From the sequence record MT322327.1: a stretch of DNA of 64,000 bases; one strand, 5' to 3'. Below are positions 7,540-17,595 of the stretch, one piece after another; the first letter of the stretch is position 1, and every line of letters starts with the position of its first letter. Under the pieces are notes generated by a model. The model was not told the origin of the DNA and made no database searches. It saw only the letters and a program-made list of their open reading frames with translations. A program made the position numbers and the translations under genes. The stretch comes from Escherichia phage SSBS18_WS_10_728.

Positions 7540-7701
7540 ATGAGAAAATCAAATAACCCGAAGAAAGGTAAAAATACCAATCACTGTAAGGAATCAAAAA
7601 GGGTAGAGTTACTCTACTATTCATCCTCTGAAATTGGTCTGTACCTGTTCTTTCAAAATTACAGAAGACAAGAGGATTATCTATGTGTAGTTCCCAATTA
7701 G
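7540..7701 (+). CDS. hypothetical small protein
   Basis: AAGGAGA RBS before ATG at 7540; downstream of TTGTCAA-type promoter motifs at 7420-7450. Confidence 0.35.
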   Translation: MRKSNNPKKGKNTNHCKESKRVELLYYSSSEIGLYLFFQNYRRQEDYLCVVPN

Positions 7702-7916
7702 AAATCGCAGATATTATAGATTTATATCAAACTGCAAAGAGTCATGGCTATATAACCTCAATTGGAAAGAATAGTCACTATGATGCTTTGACTGGAATGT
7801 ATTTCAGGGCAATGGCTCAATCTAGTGAACAACACTTAGTGGTTTCTTCCAGTGAGTTTACTTCGTTTCTCTATTGCAGCAAAATCATAAATCGCAGGAG
7901 AACTGAAAAATGTTAA
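7683..7916 (+). CDS. hypothetical protein
   Basis: 77-aa ORF with AAGAGGA RBS. Confidence 0.45.
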   Translation: MCSSQLEIADIIDLYQTAKSHGYITSIGKNSHYDALTGMYFRAMAQSSEQHLVVSSSEFTSFLYCSKIINRRRTEKC

Positions 7917-8500
7917 CAGTAAGTTTTAATTACAATAGTGATGGCTCTGTATCAATTAATTCACCGTATGCAAATGACCTATTGAAAGAGTTAGTTAACC
8001 AGTGTGAAAGAGGTCTTCACTATGTTCCAAATTCTTTTAAGCAGAAGACTATCGCTAACAATCTGATGCGTGTGACGGTTACAACATCAAATCCAAACTA
8101 TGATATTGATAGTGAAAGCCCTTATTCTTTAGTGGCTCTTGGAGAGTGTAGTCAATTTAAGCTTGTCTGCCACGACTCAGAAACATTTCTTAAGGTGTTT
8201 TCCAACCTTATTCACAATAATAAGTACGGGTATGTTGATGGTAGTGTAAACTTCTATCCAGCAAACTATACATGCCTATTGATTGATAATATGAGAAGTA
8301 GCAAGCAAGAGCCTACAGAAATCTCATTTGATGTGAACTCTAGTCCAGACGCAGAAACAAGTAATAACTTTGATATGAGTTACGCGCTATCACTTAGTAA
8401 GAAATCCGAGTTCATTGATTATGTCAATGGATTTGGTTTTAAGTTTGACGAGAACATGAATCTCAAAAAACTTAAGAACCTACTTAAGACCAAAGCTTAA
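7910..8500 (+). CDS. hypothetical protein
   Basis: 196-aa ORF with AGGAG RBS. Confidence 0.55.
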   Translation: MLTVSFNYNSDGSVSINSPYANDLLKELVNQCERGLHYVPNSFKQKTIANNLMRVTVTTSNPNYDIDSESPYSLVALGECSQFKLVCHDSETFLKVFSNLIHNNKYGYVDGSVNFYPANYTCLLIDNMRSSKQEPTEISFDVNSSPDAETSNNFDMSYALSLSKKSEFIDYVNGFGFKFDENMNLKKLKNLLKTKA

Positions 8501-8547
8501 GTATAAACAGGGGCTAATGCCCCTTTATCTATTTATAAGGATATTTA

Positions 8548-8919
8548 ATGAAGGCTAAGAGTGCAAAAGACTTTTATTGCTTCCTACAATCCTATATCAA
8601 TTCCGTGGAGAAAGGTGATAGATATAATCTTAAAGATGTTATTACATCACCTTTAACATGGAGACTTAGCAAATGGCCTGAAGAAGATATCACACCCACT
8701 AGTAAACAACCTACCTACATCCCAGATATTAATCTCCCAGATTCAGATAAGTTATTGTACCCAATGTTCCACATTGTTGGGCTTGGTACATTTCTTATGG
8801 ATATCCAGTATGTAATTGGTAAGGGTTATAAGGTTGAAGGTATTGTTGTTGGTGATGTATCTCCACAACATAAAGGCTATTTTAGATTAAACGCACGTTT
8901 AGAGGCTAAAAAGAAATGA
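8548..8919 (+). CDS. hypothetical protein; paralog of N-terminal domain of next gene
   Basis: 123-aa ORF; shares FxDLQYxI and W(P/R)Ex(D/A)I blocks with 8916..10049 product. Confidence 0.55.
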   Translation: MKAKSAKDFYCFLQSYINSVEKGDRYNLKDVITSPLTWRLSKWPEEDITPTSKQPTYIPDINLPDSDKLLYPMFHIVGLGTFLMDIQYVIGKGYKVEGIVVGDVSPQHKGYFRLNARLEAKKK

Positions 8920-10049
8920 TTAAAGCAAAGACTTACCCAGACTTCAAAGAATTTGTAAAAGGTTTCGTTGCAAATGTAAAGGCTGGTAAGAGATATGATT
9001 TTAGAACATATCAAGAAGCTATTTTACCACTCACCTATAGCTCATATTGGCCTGAAGCTGATATTGCAGAGGTTGAGAAGTTTGACTACAAACCAGACTA
9101 CAAAGTTCCTTTCAGTGATGAACTTCTTTACAGTGTTGGTGCACAGATGAGAACTGCTGATTTCTTCATGGATTTACAGTATGCAATCATCAATGGTAAA
9201 GATGTTGACACAGTATATTGTGAATGGTTGGCAAGAGTTAAGCCGTTCTCAATGTTGAATGCTAAGTTGAAGGATGCCATTAAGCCACCAGTAATTACTC
9301 AGCAGCCAACAAACCAAACAGTCAATGAGGGTGGAGCACTTACCCTAAGTGTTCTCGCAACCAATGCCACTGGGTATCAATGGAAGAAGGATGGTGAGGA
9401 TATCTCAAGTGCCACTTCTGCAACTTACACAAAACAGTCGGTAGCTCCTTCTGATGCTGGCTCATACACTTGCGTTGTGTCTGGAGAGGGTGGAACAAGT
9501 GTCACCTCAGATGCAGCAACAGTTACTGTTAACGCACTACCTGTTATTACCAAGCAACCTTCTAGTCAGACTATCAATGAAGGTGGGAACATCAACTTAG
9601 CAGTGACTGCAACAGGTGCAACTGGTTACCAATGGAAGAAAGATGGTGCTAACATCCCTTCAGCTACGAAGGCCAACTACAGCAAATCTGGTGCGCTTCC
9701 AGCAGATGCAGGTTCTTACACATGTGTTGTGACTGGTGCTGGAGGTTCTGTTACTTCTAGCCCTGCAACAATTACGGTAAAGGCTTTGCCAGTTATCACT
9801 CAACAGCCAGCAAATCAAGAAATCACTGAAGGAGAGACCTTAACGCTGAATGTTGTGGCTACTGGTGCAACAGGTTATCAGTGGAAGAAAGGTGAGGAAG
9901 TCATCCCAGACGCAACTGCTGCAACTTACACCAAAGAAGGTGCAACCGCTGCTGATGCAGGAAGCTACACCTGTGTAGTGACTGGCGCAGGTGGCTCTGT
10001 AACATCTAATGCAGCAACAGTTACAGTTAACCCAACAGGGGAGGCATAA
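8916..10049 (+). CDS. protein with three tandem Ig-like domains
   Basis: 377 aa; three ~90-aa repeats each with GYQWKKDG and GSYTCVV motifs; ATGA start overlap. Confidence 0.6.
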   Translation: MIKAKTYPDFKEFVKGFVANVKAGKRYDFRTYQEAILPLTYSSYWPEADIAEVEKFDYKPDYKVPFSDELLYSVGAQMRTADFFMDLQYAIINGKDVDTVYCEWLARVKPFSMLNAKLKDAIKPPVITQQPTNQTVNEGGALTLSVLATNATGYQWKKDGEDISSATSATYTKQSVAPSDAGSYTCVVSGEGGTSVTSDAATVTVNALPVITKQPSSQTINEGGNINLAVTATGATGYQWKKDGANIPSATKANYSKSGALPADAGSYTCVVTGAGGSVTSSPATITVKALPVITQQPANQEITEGETLTLNVVATGATGYQWKKGEEVIPDATAATYTKEGATAADAGSYTCVVTGAGGSVTSNAATVTVNPTGEA

Positions 10050-10513
10050 TGCAACTCTCAAGAAAAGGTTTAGAGGCTATTAAGTTCTTTGAAGGTCTGA
10101 AGTTAGAGGCTTACAAAGATTCTGCCGGAATCCCAACAATCGGGTATGGTACAATCCGTATTGACGGGAAACCTGTTAAGATGGGTATGAAAATCACGGC
10201 TGAACAAGCTGAACAGTATCTTCTCGCAGATGTTGAAAAGTTCGTTGCAGCAGTGAATAAAGCTATCAAGGTTCCAACTTCTCAGAATGAGTTTGACGCA
10301 CTTGTAAGTGAAACATACAACATCGGTATCACAGCTATGCAGGATTCTACATTTATCAAGCGCCACAATGCTGGTAATAAGGTAGGTTGTGCAGAAGCTA
10401 TGCAGTGGTGGAACAAGGTCACAGTCAAGGGTAAGAAGGTCACTTCAAACGGACTGAAAAACAGACGTAGAATGGAAGCTGACATTTATCTTGACAGTGT
10501 ATACCCAAAGTAA
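10049..10513 (+). CDS. lysozyme, GH24 (T4 lysozyme / P22 gp19-like)
   Basis: Motif FEGLKLEAYKDSAGIPTIGYGT matches T4 lysozyme catalytic region; GGAGG RBS. Confidence 0.75.
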   Translation: MQLSRKGLEAIKFFEGLKLEAYKDSAGIPTIGYGTIRIDGKPVKMGMKITAEQAEQYLLADVEKFVAAVNKAIKVPTSQNEFDALVSETYNIGITAMQDSTFIKRHNAGNKVGCAEAMQWWNKVTVKGKKVTSNGLKNRRRMEADIYLDSVYPK

Positions 10514-10523
10514 TATCTTCATA

Positions 10524-10550
10524 GGCTCCTTCGGGAGCCTTTTTTATTTT
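10524..10550 (+). terminator. rho-independent terminator
   Basis: Hairpin GGCTCC-TTCG-GGAGCC followed by TTTTTTATTTT. Confidence 0.6.
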
Positions 10551-10564
10551 CTAAGGAGAACACT

Positions 10565-10963
10565 ATGAAGCTTTGGGCTAGTGACTTTGGGACTTTTAAG
10601 TACACTCGTAACGGTTCACTTGTACGCATCATTGGAAACAATGTAGTTTCAAGAGGTGACAAGGTGTATACACGGTTTACTGTAGAGCTTGTTGAACTGT
10701 CACCTATTGAGTCTGTGAACAATGGCATGTTCAAGTTTGAGACTTACAATGTCAATGAGCATGGACAATTCAATCCTCTTGGTGAAAGTGGACTTGATAT
10801 TATTTCAGAGCACCCATTGACAAAAGAGCAACTTGCAGGTTACTATAAAACTGTTCTGGAAAGGCAGTTAGCAACACATGAACAAGAAGCTAACTACCAT
10901 TTACAGCATTGCGAAACTTTAAGAGCAAAAATCGAACAAGCAGAGAGAGGTTTTTATGAATAA
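10565..10963 (+). CDS. hypothetical protein
   Basis: 132-aa ORF, AAGGAGA RBS. Confidence 0.5.
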   Translation: MKLWASDFGTFKYTRNGSLVRIIGNNVVSRGDKVYTRFTVELVELSPIESVNNGMFKFETYNVNEHGQFNPLGESGLDIISEHPLTKEQLAGYYKTVLERQLATHEQEANYHLQHCETLRAKIEQAERGFYE

Positions 10964-11351
10964 TAACAGTCATATCCACGTTAAAGTTGATGTCAGTCGT
11001 TACAGCGAAAATGAGGAACTAGACCTGCAAGATGCTCTTCTATTTGAGAAGAATGGCAATCTCCATTTGCATTTTGAAGGTACAAATACGTACCTCCACA
11101 GATGCCGAGATGATGCAGACGGTTGTCCTGTTTTTGCTTGGTATAATTTAGAGTTTCCTCTTTATGCCATCCACTATCCAGATGGTGGAGAAGACTGGAC
11201 TACCCAATCAATCTTTGATGAACTTAACGGTATTCCTGTTGAGCAAGAAGAGCAAGAGCCTGTTGAACTCACCTTCACCTTCGTCAAAGAAGAAACGGTT
11301 GGTGATTTGTCAGTAACTGAAGCTATTCAGGTAACACAGGTTATTCGTTAA
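10956..11351 (+). CDS. hypothetical protein
   Basis: 131-aa ORF, overlapping start. Confidence 0.5.
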   Translation: MNNNSHIHVKVDVSRYSENEELDLQDALLFEKNGNLHLHFEGTNTYLHRCRDDADGCPVFAWYNLEFPLYAIHYPDGGEDWTTQSIFDELNGIPVEQEEQEPVELTFTFVKEETVGDLSVTEAIQVTQVIR

Positions 11352-11644
11352 TGAGTAAAGTACAGGTTATTTTCCCTATTTGTGACTTCTCACTAGAACG
11401 TGAACTTGACCTGTACGAAGAAATTACTGACGAAATCATCTGGTCTGTTGTAGAAGAGGCTATCAAGAAACTGTATGGTGGCCTCTTAAATCCATCAAGT
11501 AAAAAGCTTAACACTAAACAAGTAGCTGATACGTACACTTCATACGATGCTTACAACAAACCTTTTGAGAATACCTGCTTTGACCTTATGGTAGGTAATA
11601 ATAAAGTCAACTATTTCTTCGTCAGAGAGTTTAACGATGAGTAA
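11351..11644 (+). CDS. hypothetical protein
   Basis: 97-aa ORF. Confidence 0.45.
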   Translation: MSKVQVIFPICDFSLERELDLYEEITDEIIWSVVEEAIKKLYGGLLNPSSKKLNTKQVADTYTSYDAYNKPFENTCFDLMVGNNKVNYFFVREFNDE

Positions 11645-11981
11645 GCTCCATGTCACAGTGTACAAAAACTTCTCAGATATCAAAGAGTCTTTAACTAATA
11701 AGCTTGACATGCAACGGAAAAGGCTCTTTTTAATGTACGATATCGACAACTACAACCACCCTAAAGAGTTCAACTACAAAGATGGTACAAAGGTTGTCGA
11801 ATTTGAAGATTCTGTAACGGTGTATGTTAAACACGACTTACCAGCAAAGTACATAGGAATGCTAGAGTACTACATATTCAAACATACAGGTATGCGTGGT
11901 GAAGCTGTTAAGATATCTTCTATAGAAGTTTTTGAGAAACCTAACACACAACTTAAAAAGTATTTAATGAGGAAACTGTAA
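11637..11981 (+). CDS. hypothetical protein
   Basis: 114-aa ORF, ATGA overlap. Confidence 0.45.
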   Translation: MSKLHVTVYKNFSDIKESLTNKLDMQRKRLFLMYDIDNYNHPKEFNYKDGTKVVEFEDSVTVYVKHDLPAKYIGMLEYYIFKHTGMRGEAVKISSIEVFEKPNTQLKKYLMRKL

Positions 11982-12571
11982 TGTCTGAAGAGCAACAGGA
12001 TATTATCCCACAAGTAACACTGGTTCAACATTTTGGAAACATTGAAGGGTGTGTTGCACTTTTTCAACCAAGTATCAATTCCCCTGCAAAAGTTTGCAAG
12101 TTGACTATGAATGTTAATAACATTAGTGTCTGTCTTGTTGATGAAGTCCAGTACTTCAAGTTTAATGACAGAGAAGTTGACGCTGCACTATTGAAGTACC
12201 GAGCAAATCTCGAAAAAGATATTGACCATAAAGAGCTTGTCACATTGTTTGGTGACCTTCACAAGCTTCTTGAAAAGGTTATGAAGCGTACATACTACAT
12301 GAACAATGGTTCAATTATCACCACCATGATTTCACCATGTATCTCTGAGCCAATTCTGACCGATGATGGTGGGTACTATGTTGTAGCATCAGCAGATTCT
12401 GACTGGTGGATGAAAAATACAGCACTTAAGACGGTTATTGAGGCTATTCGTGAGCATATCCCTTCATTCAGCCCGTGGAAAGGTAAAGGTGATGACTTTA
12501 TCGCATTGTTGAGTGAAGAAAGCAGCAAACGTAGTGCATTGATGCCTAAGAAATACTCTTGCAGAGTATAA
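11981..12571 (+). CDS. hypothetical protein
   Basis: 196-aa ORF, GAGGA RBS. Confidence 0.5.
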   Translation: MSEEQQDIIPQVTLVQHFGNIEGCVALFQPSINSPAKVCKLTMNVNNISVCLVDEVQYFKFNDREVDAALLKYRANLEKDIDHKELVTLFGDLHKLLEKVMKRTYYMNNGSIITTMISPCISEPILTDDGGYYVVASADSDWWMKNTALKTVIEAIREHIPSFSPWKGKGDDFIALLSEESSKRSALMPKKYSCRV

Positions 12572-12629
12572 AATATTATCTATAATGGGAGCTATCGAGA
12601 GGTAGTTCCCTTTTTAGTTTCTTAAGAAG

Positions 12630-12863
12630 ATGCGTGGTGAAAGAATGAAAAAGCTAACTACAGTTGAAGATTACTACAAACTGTCCCTATTAGAACAATA
12701 TCGTAGAAGTCAGAATATCAGGAAATGCTATGGCAAACACGCTGAAGGTGACTTTTACCGTTGCTACGATGCAGATTTAAAAGGTGTAACACCTAGAGGG
12801 AAAGTCCTGCAAAGACTTGTTGACCTTGAGTGGGACAAACGATTGAGAGGGGTTGGGAAATGA
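12630..12863 (+). CDS. hypothetical protein
   Basis: 77-aa ORF; start ambiguous (12630 or 12645). Confidence 0.4.
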   Translation: MRGERMKKLTTVEDYYKLSLLEQYRRSQNIRKCYGKHAEGDFYRCYDADLKGVTPRGKVLQRLVDLEWDKRLRGVGK

Positions 12864-13363
12864 TTTACGAAGAAAGATATAAGATAGATTATCAGGATAC
12901 TCGTCATCATACTTCTTTGAGAGTAACCAAACCAAATGGAGATACTGGTATTATAGCACATTTTGGTGGTGATTATTGGTATGGCACAGGTTGCTTTGAA
13001 GGTTACAATAAAGAATACTTGAAAGCTTTCTACAGAGACTTTACAAATGACTACAACAGGGTTGTTGACGAAAAGAATAAGTGCATTAAGCATGAACACC
13101 ATGCCAGAGGTTGTTTAAGTACGGTAATGATACTGGCATTTTTCTTAGCAACATTACTGGCAGTATCAGCAATCAGTTACATAGCTCAAGATTTAACCAT
13201 TACACAGATTACCGCAAAGGTATATGATGTCTGGTACTTGTATGCTGTTCCTTTAGCTGGTATCATCATCTCACTAATGAGATTCAGAGTTCATAAGAAA
13301 CGACTCAAGGACTCTGAGGTTAAACTTGAAGAGGTAAGTAAAGAATGCAACCTACAATTATAG
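12860..13363 (+). CDS. hypothetical protein with C-terminal transmembrane segment
   Basis: Start moved to ATG 12860 (GAGGGG RBS, ATGA overlap). Confidence 0.45.
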   Translation: MIYEERYKIDYQDTRHHTSLRVTKPNGDTGIIAHFGGDYWYGTGCFEGYNKEYLKAFYRDFTNDYNRVVDEKNKCIKHEHHARGCLSTVMILAFFLATLLAVSAISYIAQDLTITQITAKVYDVWYLYAVPLAGIIISLMRFRVHKKRLKDSEVKLEEVSKECNLQL

Positions 13364-13439
13364 CTGTATGTATTCGTTTTGCAATCGCTGAAATGATTAA
13401 CAAGGCAATCTTGAAAGATGCCTATGGAGAAACTAAGTA

Positions 13440-13664
13440 ATGATTAAGACACCTGTACCAATTTTTGGATTCCCTTCTATTGAAGAGTTCAAAGTTTATC
13501 TTGACAAAAACTTCTACAATGAGCAGCCTGTTACTCTGCTGAAGAGTGATTTATCAGAGCTTCTTGATATGGTTATCAAGGCAACTTCTGAGAAGGAACC
13601 TGAGCAGAAAGCTGAGAAGAAGACTAGTAAGAAATCTGAAAAGAAAACTGAAAAGTCTGAGTAA
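13440..13664 (+). CDS. hypothetical protein, Lys/Glu-rich C-terminus
   Basis: 74-aa ORF. Confidence 0.4.
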   Translation: MIKTPVPIFGFPSIEEFKVYLDKNFYNEQPVTLLKSDLSELLDMVIKATSEKEPEQKAEKKTSKKSEKKTEKSE

Positions 13665-13717
13665 TAACTTGAGGGGTTACTTGATAGCCCCTTTGTAGAA
13701 ACTTAGAAGGTAGCGAA

Positions 13718-14182
13718 ATGAAAATTAAAGAAGTTGTTCAAAAAGCAATGCTTGACAACTCAACTAAAGATGAAATGTACAAAGAGATTTGTGATAAGTT
13801 GAATTGTTCAAGACATGCTGCTAAGGCTCTTGTACATTGCTTTATCTGGGAATGCTCAGAAGCTTATATGCAATATGTAGCTTTTGAAAGTTCTCATCTT
13901 CTAGGTGATGTAGAAGCTGGTGAGAAACTAAAAGAACCTGAGATGAAAACAGTCCCTAAAGTTGGAAATGTATACCCACTTAAAGATTTCAAGACTGGAA
14001 AGGTTGTTGCAAAAGGTGTAGTAGAGCATGTTTATGATGACGGTGAATACTTACTTAAAGTATTTGAGTATGATAGCCACCATACACACTTATGTGGGCT
14101 TACATTCTTTGTAACAAAAGAAGACCTCATTAAAAACAAAGACAACAAGTTTGCAGTCCCAGATTACCAAGTCTTACGATAA
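13718..14182 (+). CDS. hypothetical protein
   Basis: 154-aa ORF with RBS. Confidence 0.5.
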   Translation: MKIKEVVQKAMLDNSTKDEMYKEICDKLNCSRHAAKALVHCFIWECSEAYMQYVAFESSHLLGDVEAGEKLKEPEMKTVPKVGNVYPLKDFKTGKVVAKGVVEHVYDDGEYLLKVFEYDSHHTHLCGLTFFVTKEDLIKNKDNKFAVPDYQVLR

Positions 14183-14195
14183 TGGTGTAATAGAT

Positions 14196-14744
14196 ATGGA
14201 AAAAGATAATTTAAAAGATGTTGAAGGTAACTATCTAGTTCTTGACTGGAGTGATGCTCAAGAAGCACTCTCTGAAGAAAGCCTTGACAGATTAAAACAG
14301 ATTGTTTTTGCAGTACGGAGTTACAGAGAAGTTAAAAATGGTAAAGACCCACTTGAAGGAGTCTTTGTAGAGAAGTCTTATCCGTTCTATGAAGACACTT
14401 TACAGAAAGTTAAGATGTACTTTAGACAGAAGAACCGTAAAGTGGTCACTATGGTATCTCTTGGTGGACAGAGTATGTCTGTGATGGAAGATATCAACCC
14501 TAAGAGACCGAGTAAAGGTGTTTGTATAAAAATCACAGGTCATGAAGAGTATATCTCAGTGGATGACTTTAGTTCATTCTGTAATGGTTCTGCTGTCTTT
14601 AATGGGTTCCACTATGATATCCGAGTGTACCCAATCAAGGGAGATGATATCATGATGCAGATATTCGATAGTAACAATGGATTTGCTCATTTTTATCAGA
14701 CAACCAAGTCATCACTGAAGACAGTTCTAGAAACACTGATTTAA
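14196..14744 (+). CDS. hypothetical protein
   Basis: ORF 14151..14744; likely start at ATG 14196. Confidence 0.45.
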   Translation: MEKDNLKDVEGNYLVLDWSDAQEALSEESLDRLKQIVFAVRSYREVKNGKDPLEGVFVEKSYPFYEDTLQKVKMYFRQKNRKVVTMVSLGGQSMSVMEDINPKRPSKGVCIKITGHEEYISVDDFSSFCNGSAVFNGFHYDIRVYPIKGDDIMMQIFDSNNGFAHFYQTTKSSLKTVLETLI

Positions 14745-14752
14745 AATATTTT

Positions 14753-14787
14753 AAGAGCCTCCTTAATTGGGGGCTTTTTAATTTTTA
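14753..14787 (+). terminator. rho-independent terminator ending the plus-strand block
   Basis: Hairpin AGCCTCC...GGGGGCT followed by TTTTTAATTTTT. Confidence 0.55.
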
Positions 14788-14789
14788 TA

Positions 14790-16360
14790 AAATTTTATCG
14801 GTTGTCCCAACCTCTGGGTCACCATCATATGTGAATAAAATATCTATCCTTCTTAACAGCCTTCTTAATCTTACTCTCTATATAGTTATATAGTACTATA
14901 TAGTATCTTAGTATCTATCTAGTGGTCTTAATAGCACCTCTGTATAGCCCTTCTAAACACTCTTCTAACAAGCCTTCTTAACAGCCTATACAATCACCTT
15001 AACCATTCCTCTACACCCTCTTAGAAGCTCCTATACACCTCTTAATCTCTAGGTTAGCTATGATACTCTCTATAGGTGTTCACTAGGAAATACTAAGCCT
15101 CTATATAGACTGTTTTAACAAACTTAACAGGAATATCTTTACAGACCTTATCTCACAAGGTCTAACACGGTACTAACAAGGTATCTTATAAGCCTGTTTA
15201 TGCCTGTATTTTTAAAAGACTGTCTAGGTAATTATTCAGAATTTTAAAATTTTTATAAAATAGGACTATCAAGTCATTTTTTAGGGTCTTTGAAGGAACT
15301 GAAAAATATCTGTAGAGTTGATTCGGTAGAGCCTACCTCATGATGTATATCTGCTTGGTAGCCCTTAACATCCTTGTAACATCCCCTTTGCAGAATTTTA
15401 AAATATCATTAACAATCTCTTAACAGTTGCTACATCTTCTTAACATCTCTTCAGAGGTCTTAACAGATTCTTAACAGAACTAACAAGAGCTTAACAGTTT
15501 TTTAACAAGTGCTGAATAGTCTTTACAGAGGTTTAACAGATGACTAACAAGTCCTAAGAAGTTAATTTTAAAGGGTTATTTTGTAAAGATAATTAACAAG
15601 TTCCTAACAAGTGTTTAACCTTTTTAACAAGCTATTAACATGGTCACTATCTCTTGGTCTATAGTTCCCTCTCCCTCTTAGTGACCCTTTAAACATACCT
15701 CTTAAAAGCTCTCCATAGCTCTTTGTAAGCTCTTTTAAGTCTCTTCCTAGTAGTTACACCCCCAACTATACAGAAAGCTATTTATAGGGCTTTACAGGAG
15801 CTTTTAAGGCTATGTCAAAGACTCTTACAAGGCTTTTACGTGGTTTTAACAGAGATTTAACAAGGGGCTAACAAGTTGCTAACAAGTACCTTAAAAGCAT
15901 AACTATGTAGGGTTTGTTAAGAAATTGTTAAGAAAATGTTAAGGGGGCTAGCATTTACGTAACTTTATAGCCTCTTTTACGTAACTTTGAAGTAACTTTA
16001 TAGCCTCTTTTACGTAACTTTATAGCCCCTATAACATACTTTTTAGTGACTATCAAGGGGGTTGTTTAGTTATTCACAAGATACTAACGAGATGATAAAG
16101 CTTACACCCTTATAAGATTCTTTTAAGGCTCTGGTAAGCTTTATAAAGGGATTTTAAGGGTGAAGTAATGCAATCCCTTAAGTTAGGTTAAAAAGGCTGT
16201 TATAGGGCTTTATAGAGCGTTTTAGTGGTTGCCCTTCCCTTTCGGGTTATGGGCTTATATTTAAGTTGATTTGATAAAAGGCTATAGAGTAGACTATAGA
16301 GTTATTGCTTTTAAGGTCTAGTAAGATTCTGGAAAGGAAAGGGAAAGGATTTAATAAGAC
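14790..16360. repeat. 1.6-kb noncoding region dense in short direct repeats
   Basis: No ORF of 60 aa or more on either strand; about 20 copies of TTAACAG/TAACAAG, TATATAG runs, ~23-bp direct repeats TACGTAACTTTATAGCCTCTTT at 15955-16030. Confidence 0.7.
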
Positions 16361-16362
16361 GT

Positions 16363-16387
16363 AAAAAAGCCCCATTTAAGGGGCTGT
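16363..16387 (-). terminator. rho-independent terminator ending the minus-strand small-gene array
   Basis: Minus strand: hairpin AGCCCC-TTAAAT-GGGGCT followed by TTTTTT. Confidence 0.55.
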
Positions 16388-16423
16388 AAAGGTATCTGGG
16401 GCTATTTAGCCCCGTTGCGGCGT

Positions 16424-16672
16424 TTAGTTAGTGCCTTCTTTGTCGTAGTACAGGGAGACTATTTTTTCACCCCAATAGTGAAAAGTGTAACCATCTTTAA
16501 GAACTTCCTGTTTTGTTTCTTTCCAGAACTCATCAGAAGGATTATAGTCTTTGATGGTCTGACTGATAAGACCTTTCACCATTTCAAAGGCGTTATCAGT
16601 GCCAACAAGGTCAAATTTAACATCCAGAGAGTAGAAGCCGAATTCGTTAACAGTTGCGCGAATAGTTGCCAT
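16424..16672 (-). CDS. hypothetical small protein (array gene a)
   Basis: 82-aa ORF preceded by conserved leader cassette. Confidence 0.5.
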   Translation of the reverse strand: MATIRATVNEFGFYSLDVKFDLVGTDNAFEMVKGLISQTIKDYNPSDEFWKETKQEVLKDGYTFHYWGEKIVSLYYDKEGTN

Positions 16673-16745
16673 TTTAGAATCTCCTAGTTTAAGGACTTTG
16701 TTTAGTGGGGAAGGTCATTCCCTCCCGTTGATTAGTAATTTACTG
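16670..16745 (-). promoter_or_regulatory. conserved leader cassette, type A hairpin
   Basis: Minus sense GGGAGGGAATGACCTTCCCC-ACTAAACAAAGTCCTTAAACTAGGAGATTCTAAAATG. Confidence 0.6.
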
Positions 16746-17003
16746 CATGTTGGCGTATGTTGCAAGCCTTTTTTCGTTGTATTTTGTAAGAATCTCACAA
16801 GATAAAACATCATATTTTGTAATAGCGTTGCCTTTGTCGAGGTCAAAGAATCCAAATGTTTTACCATCTTTGAAGCCCACAACCTCGTAAGACTCTTTGA
16901 TGATTTCACCATTGAACAAATCACTTTCGATACGGTGGAATAATGCTACATCCTCTTTATCGGTTGCAATCTGTAACAGTGTGGTCAATTCTACGTGTTC
17001 CAT
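16740..17003 (-). CDS. hypothetical small protein (array gene b)
   Basis: 87-aa ORF with variant leader. Confidence 0.5.
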   Translation of the reverse strand: MEHVELTTLLQIATDKEDVALFHRIESDLFNGEIIKESYEVVGFKDGKTFGFFDLDKGNAITKYDVLSCEILTKYNEKRLATYANMQ

Positions 17004-17060
17004 TTTGAATCTCCAGTTTAGGATTTTATTTAGTGGGGGAGGTTATCCCCCGTTAAAAGA
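17001..17060 (-). promoter_or_regulatory. conserved leader cassette, type A variant
   Basis: Variant leader with GGGGGAGGTTATCCCCC hairpin. Confidence 0.5.
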
Positions 17061-17064
17061 CACT

Positions 17065-17595
17065 TTATAGATTCTTGGTTGTCTCGTCAATATCTTTTTC
17101 AATATCTTTTAAAGTTTTTTCTAAGTTCTTGATATTGAACGTTAAACCTTCACCGAGGGTCTGAGAGTAACCGTTAGGACGATGGTCGTAAAGCTCGATA
17201 TCTTCCACATCGGATAGGCTTACTCTTTCACCATTTGCAGCGTAGGCCATTGAAACAGTATTTACAGGGGCTTTATAGAACTTGTTTAAGGACTTGATAG
17301 AACGTTCGTAAGCCATTTTATAACCGTTTAAAAGGCTTTTAACGTGGTTGTGAACGTTTTTACACTCATCCAAGTAAATCCCTAAGAATAGCGGTAATAA
17401 TTCTGCTACAGCTTGCATAAAGTGAGAGACTACAACTGTTGCAACATTACGACGATGAACGTAATAAGCCCCGTTTTCTGATTTAGTGATGGTTGCAAAG
17501 TGTACCCCATTGCAGCGAAATTCATAGGTATCTTTAACAGGCTTAGACATTACAGCATTTGAGCGAATGTAGTTGATAGCTTGAAATTTGTTCAT
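17065..17595 (-). CDS. hypothetical protein (array gene c)
   Basis: 176-aa ORF with conserved leader. Confidence 0.5.
   Translation of the reverse strand: MNKFQAINYIRSNAVMSKPVKDTYEFRCNGVHFATITKSENGAYYVHRRNVATVVVSHFMQAVAELLPLFLGIYLDECKNVHNHVKSLLNGYKMAYERSIKSLNKFYKAPVNTVSMAYAANGERVSLSDVEDIELYDHRPNGYSQTLGEGLTFNIKNLEKTLKDIEKDIDETTKNL

Noticed and set aside
14790-16360. Possible CRISPR array in the repeat-rich noncoding region
   Set aside because: Repeats are short (7-23 bp), irregularly spaced and of several unrelated families; there is no regular repeat-spacer periodicity and no cas gene.
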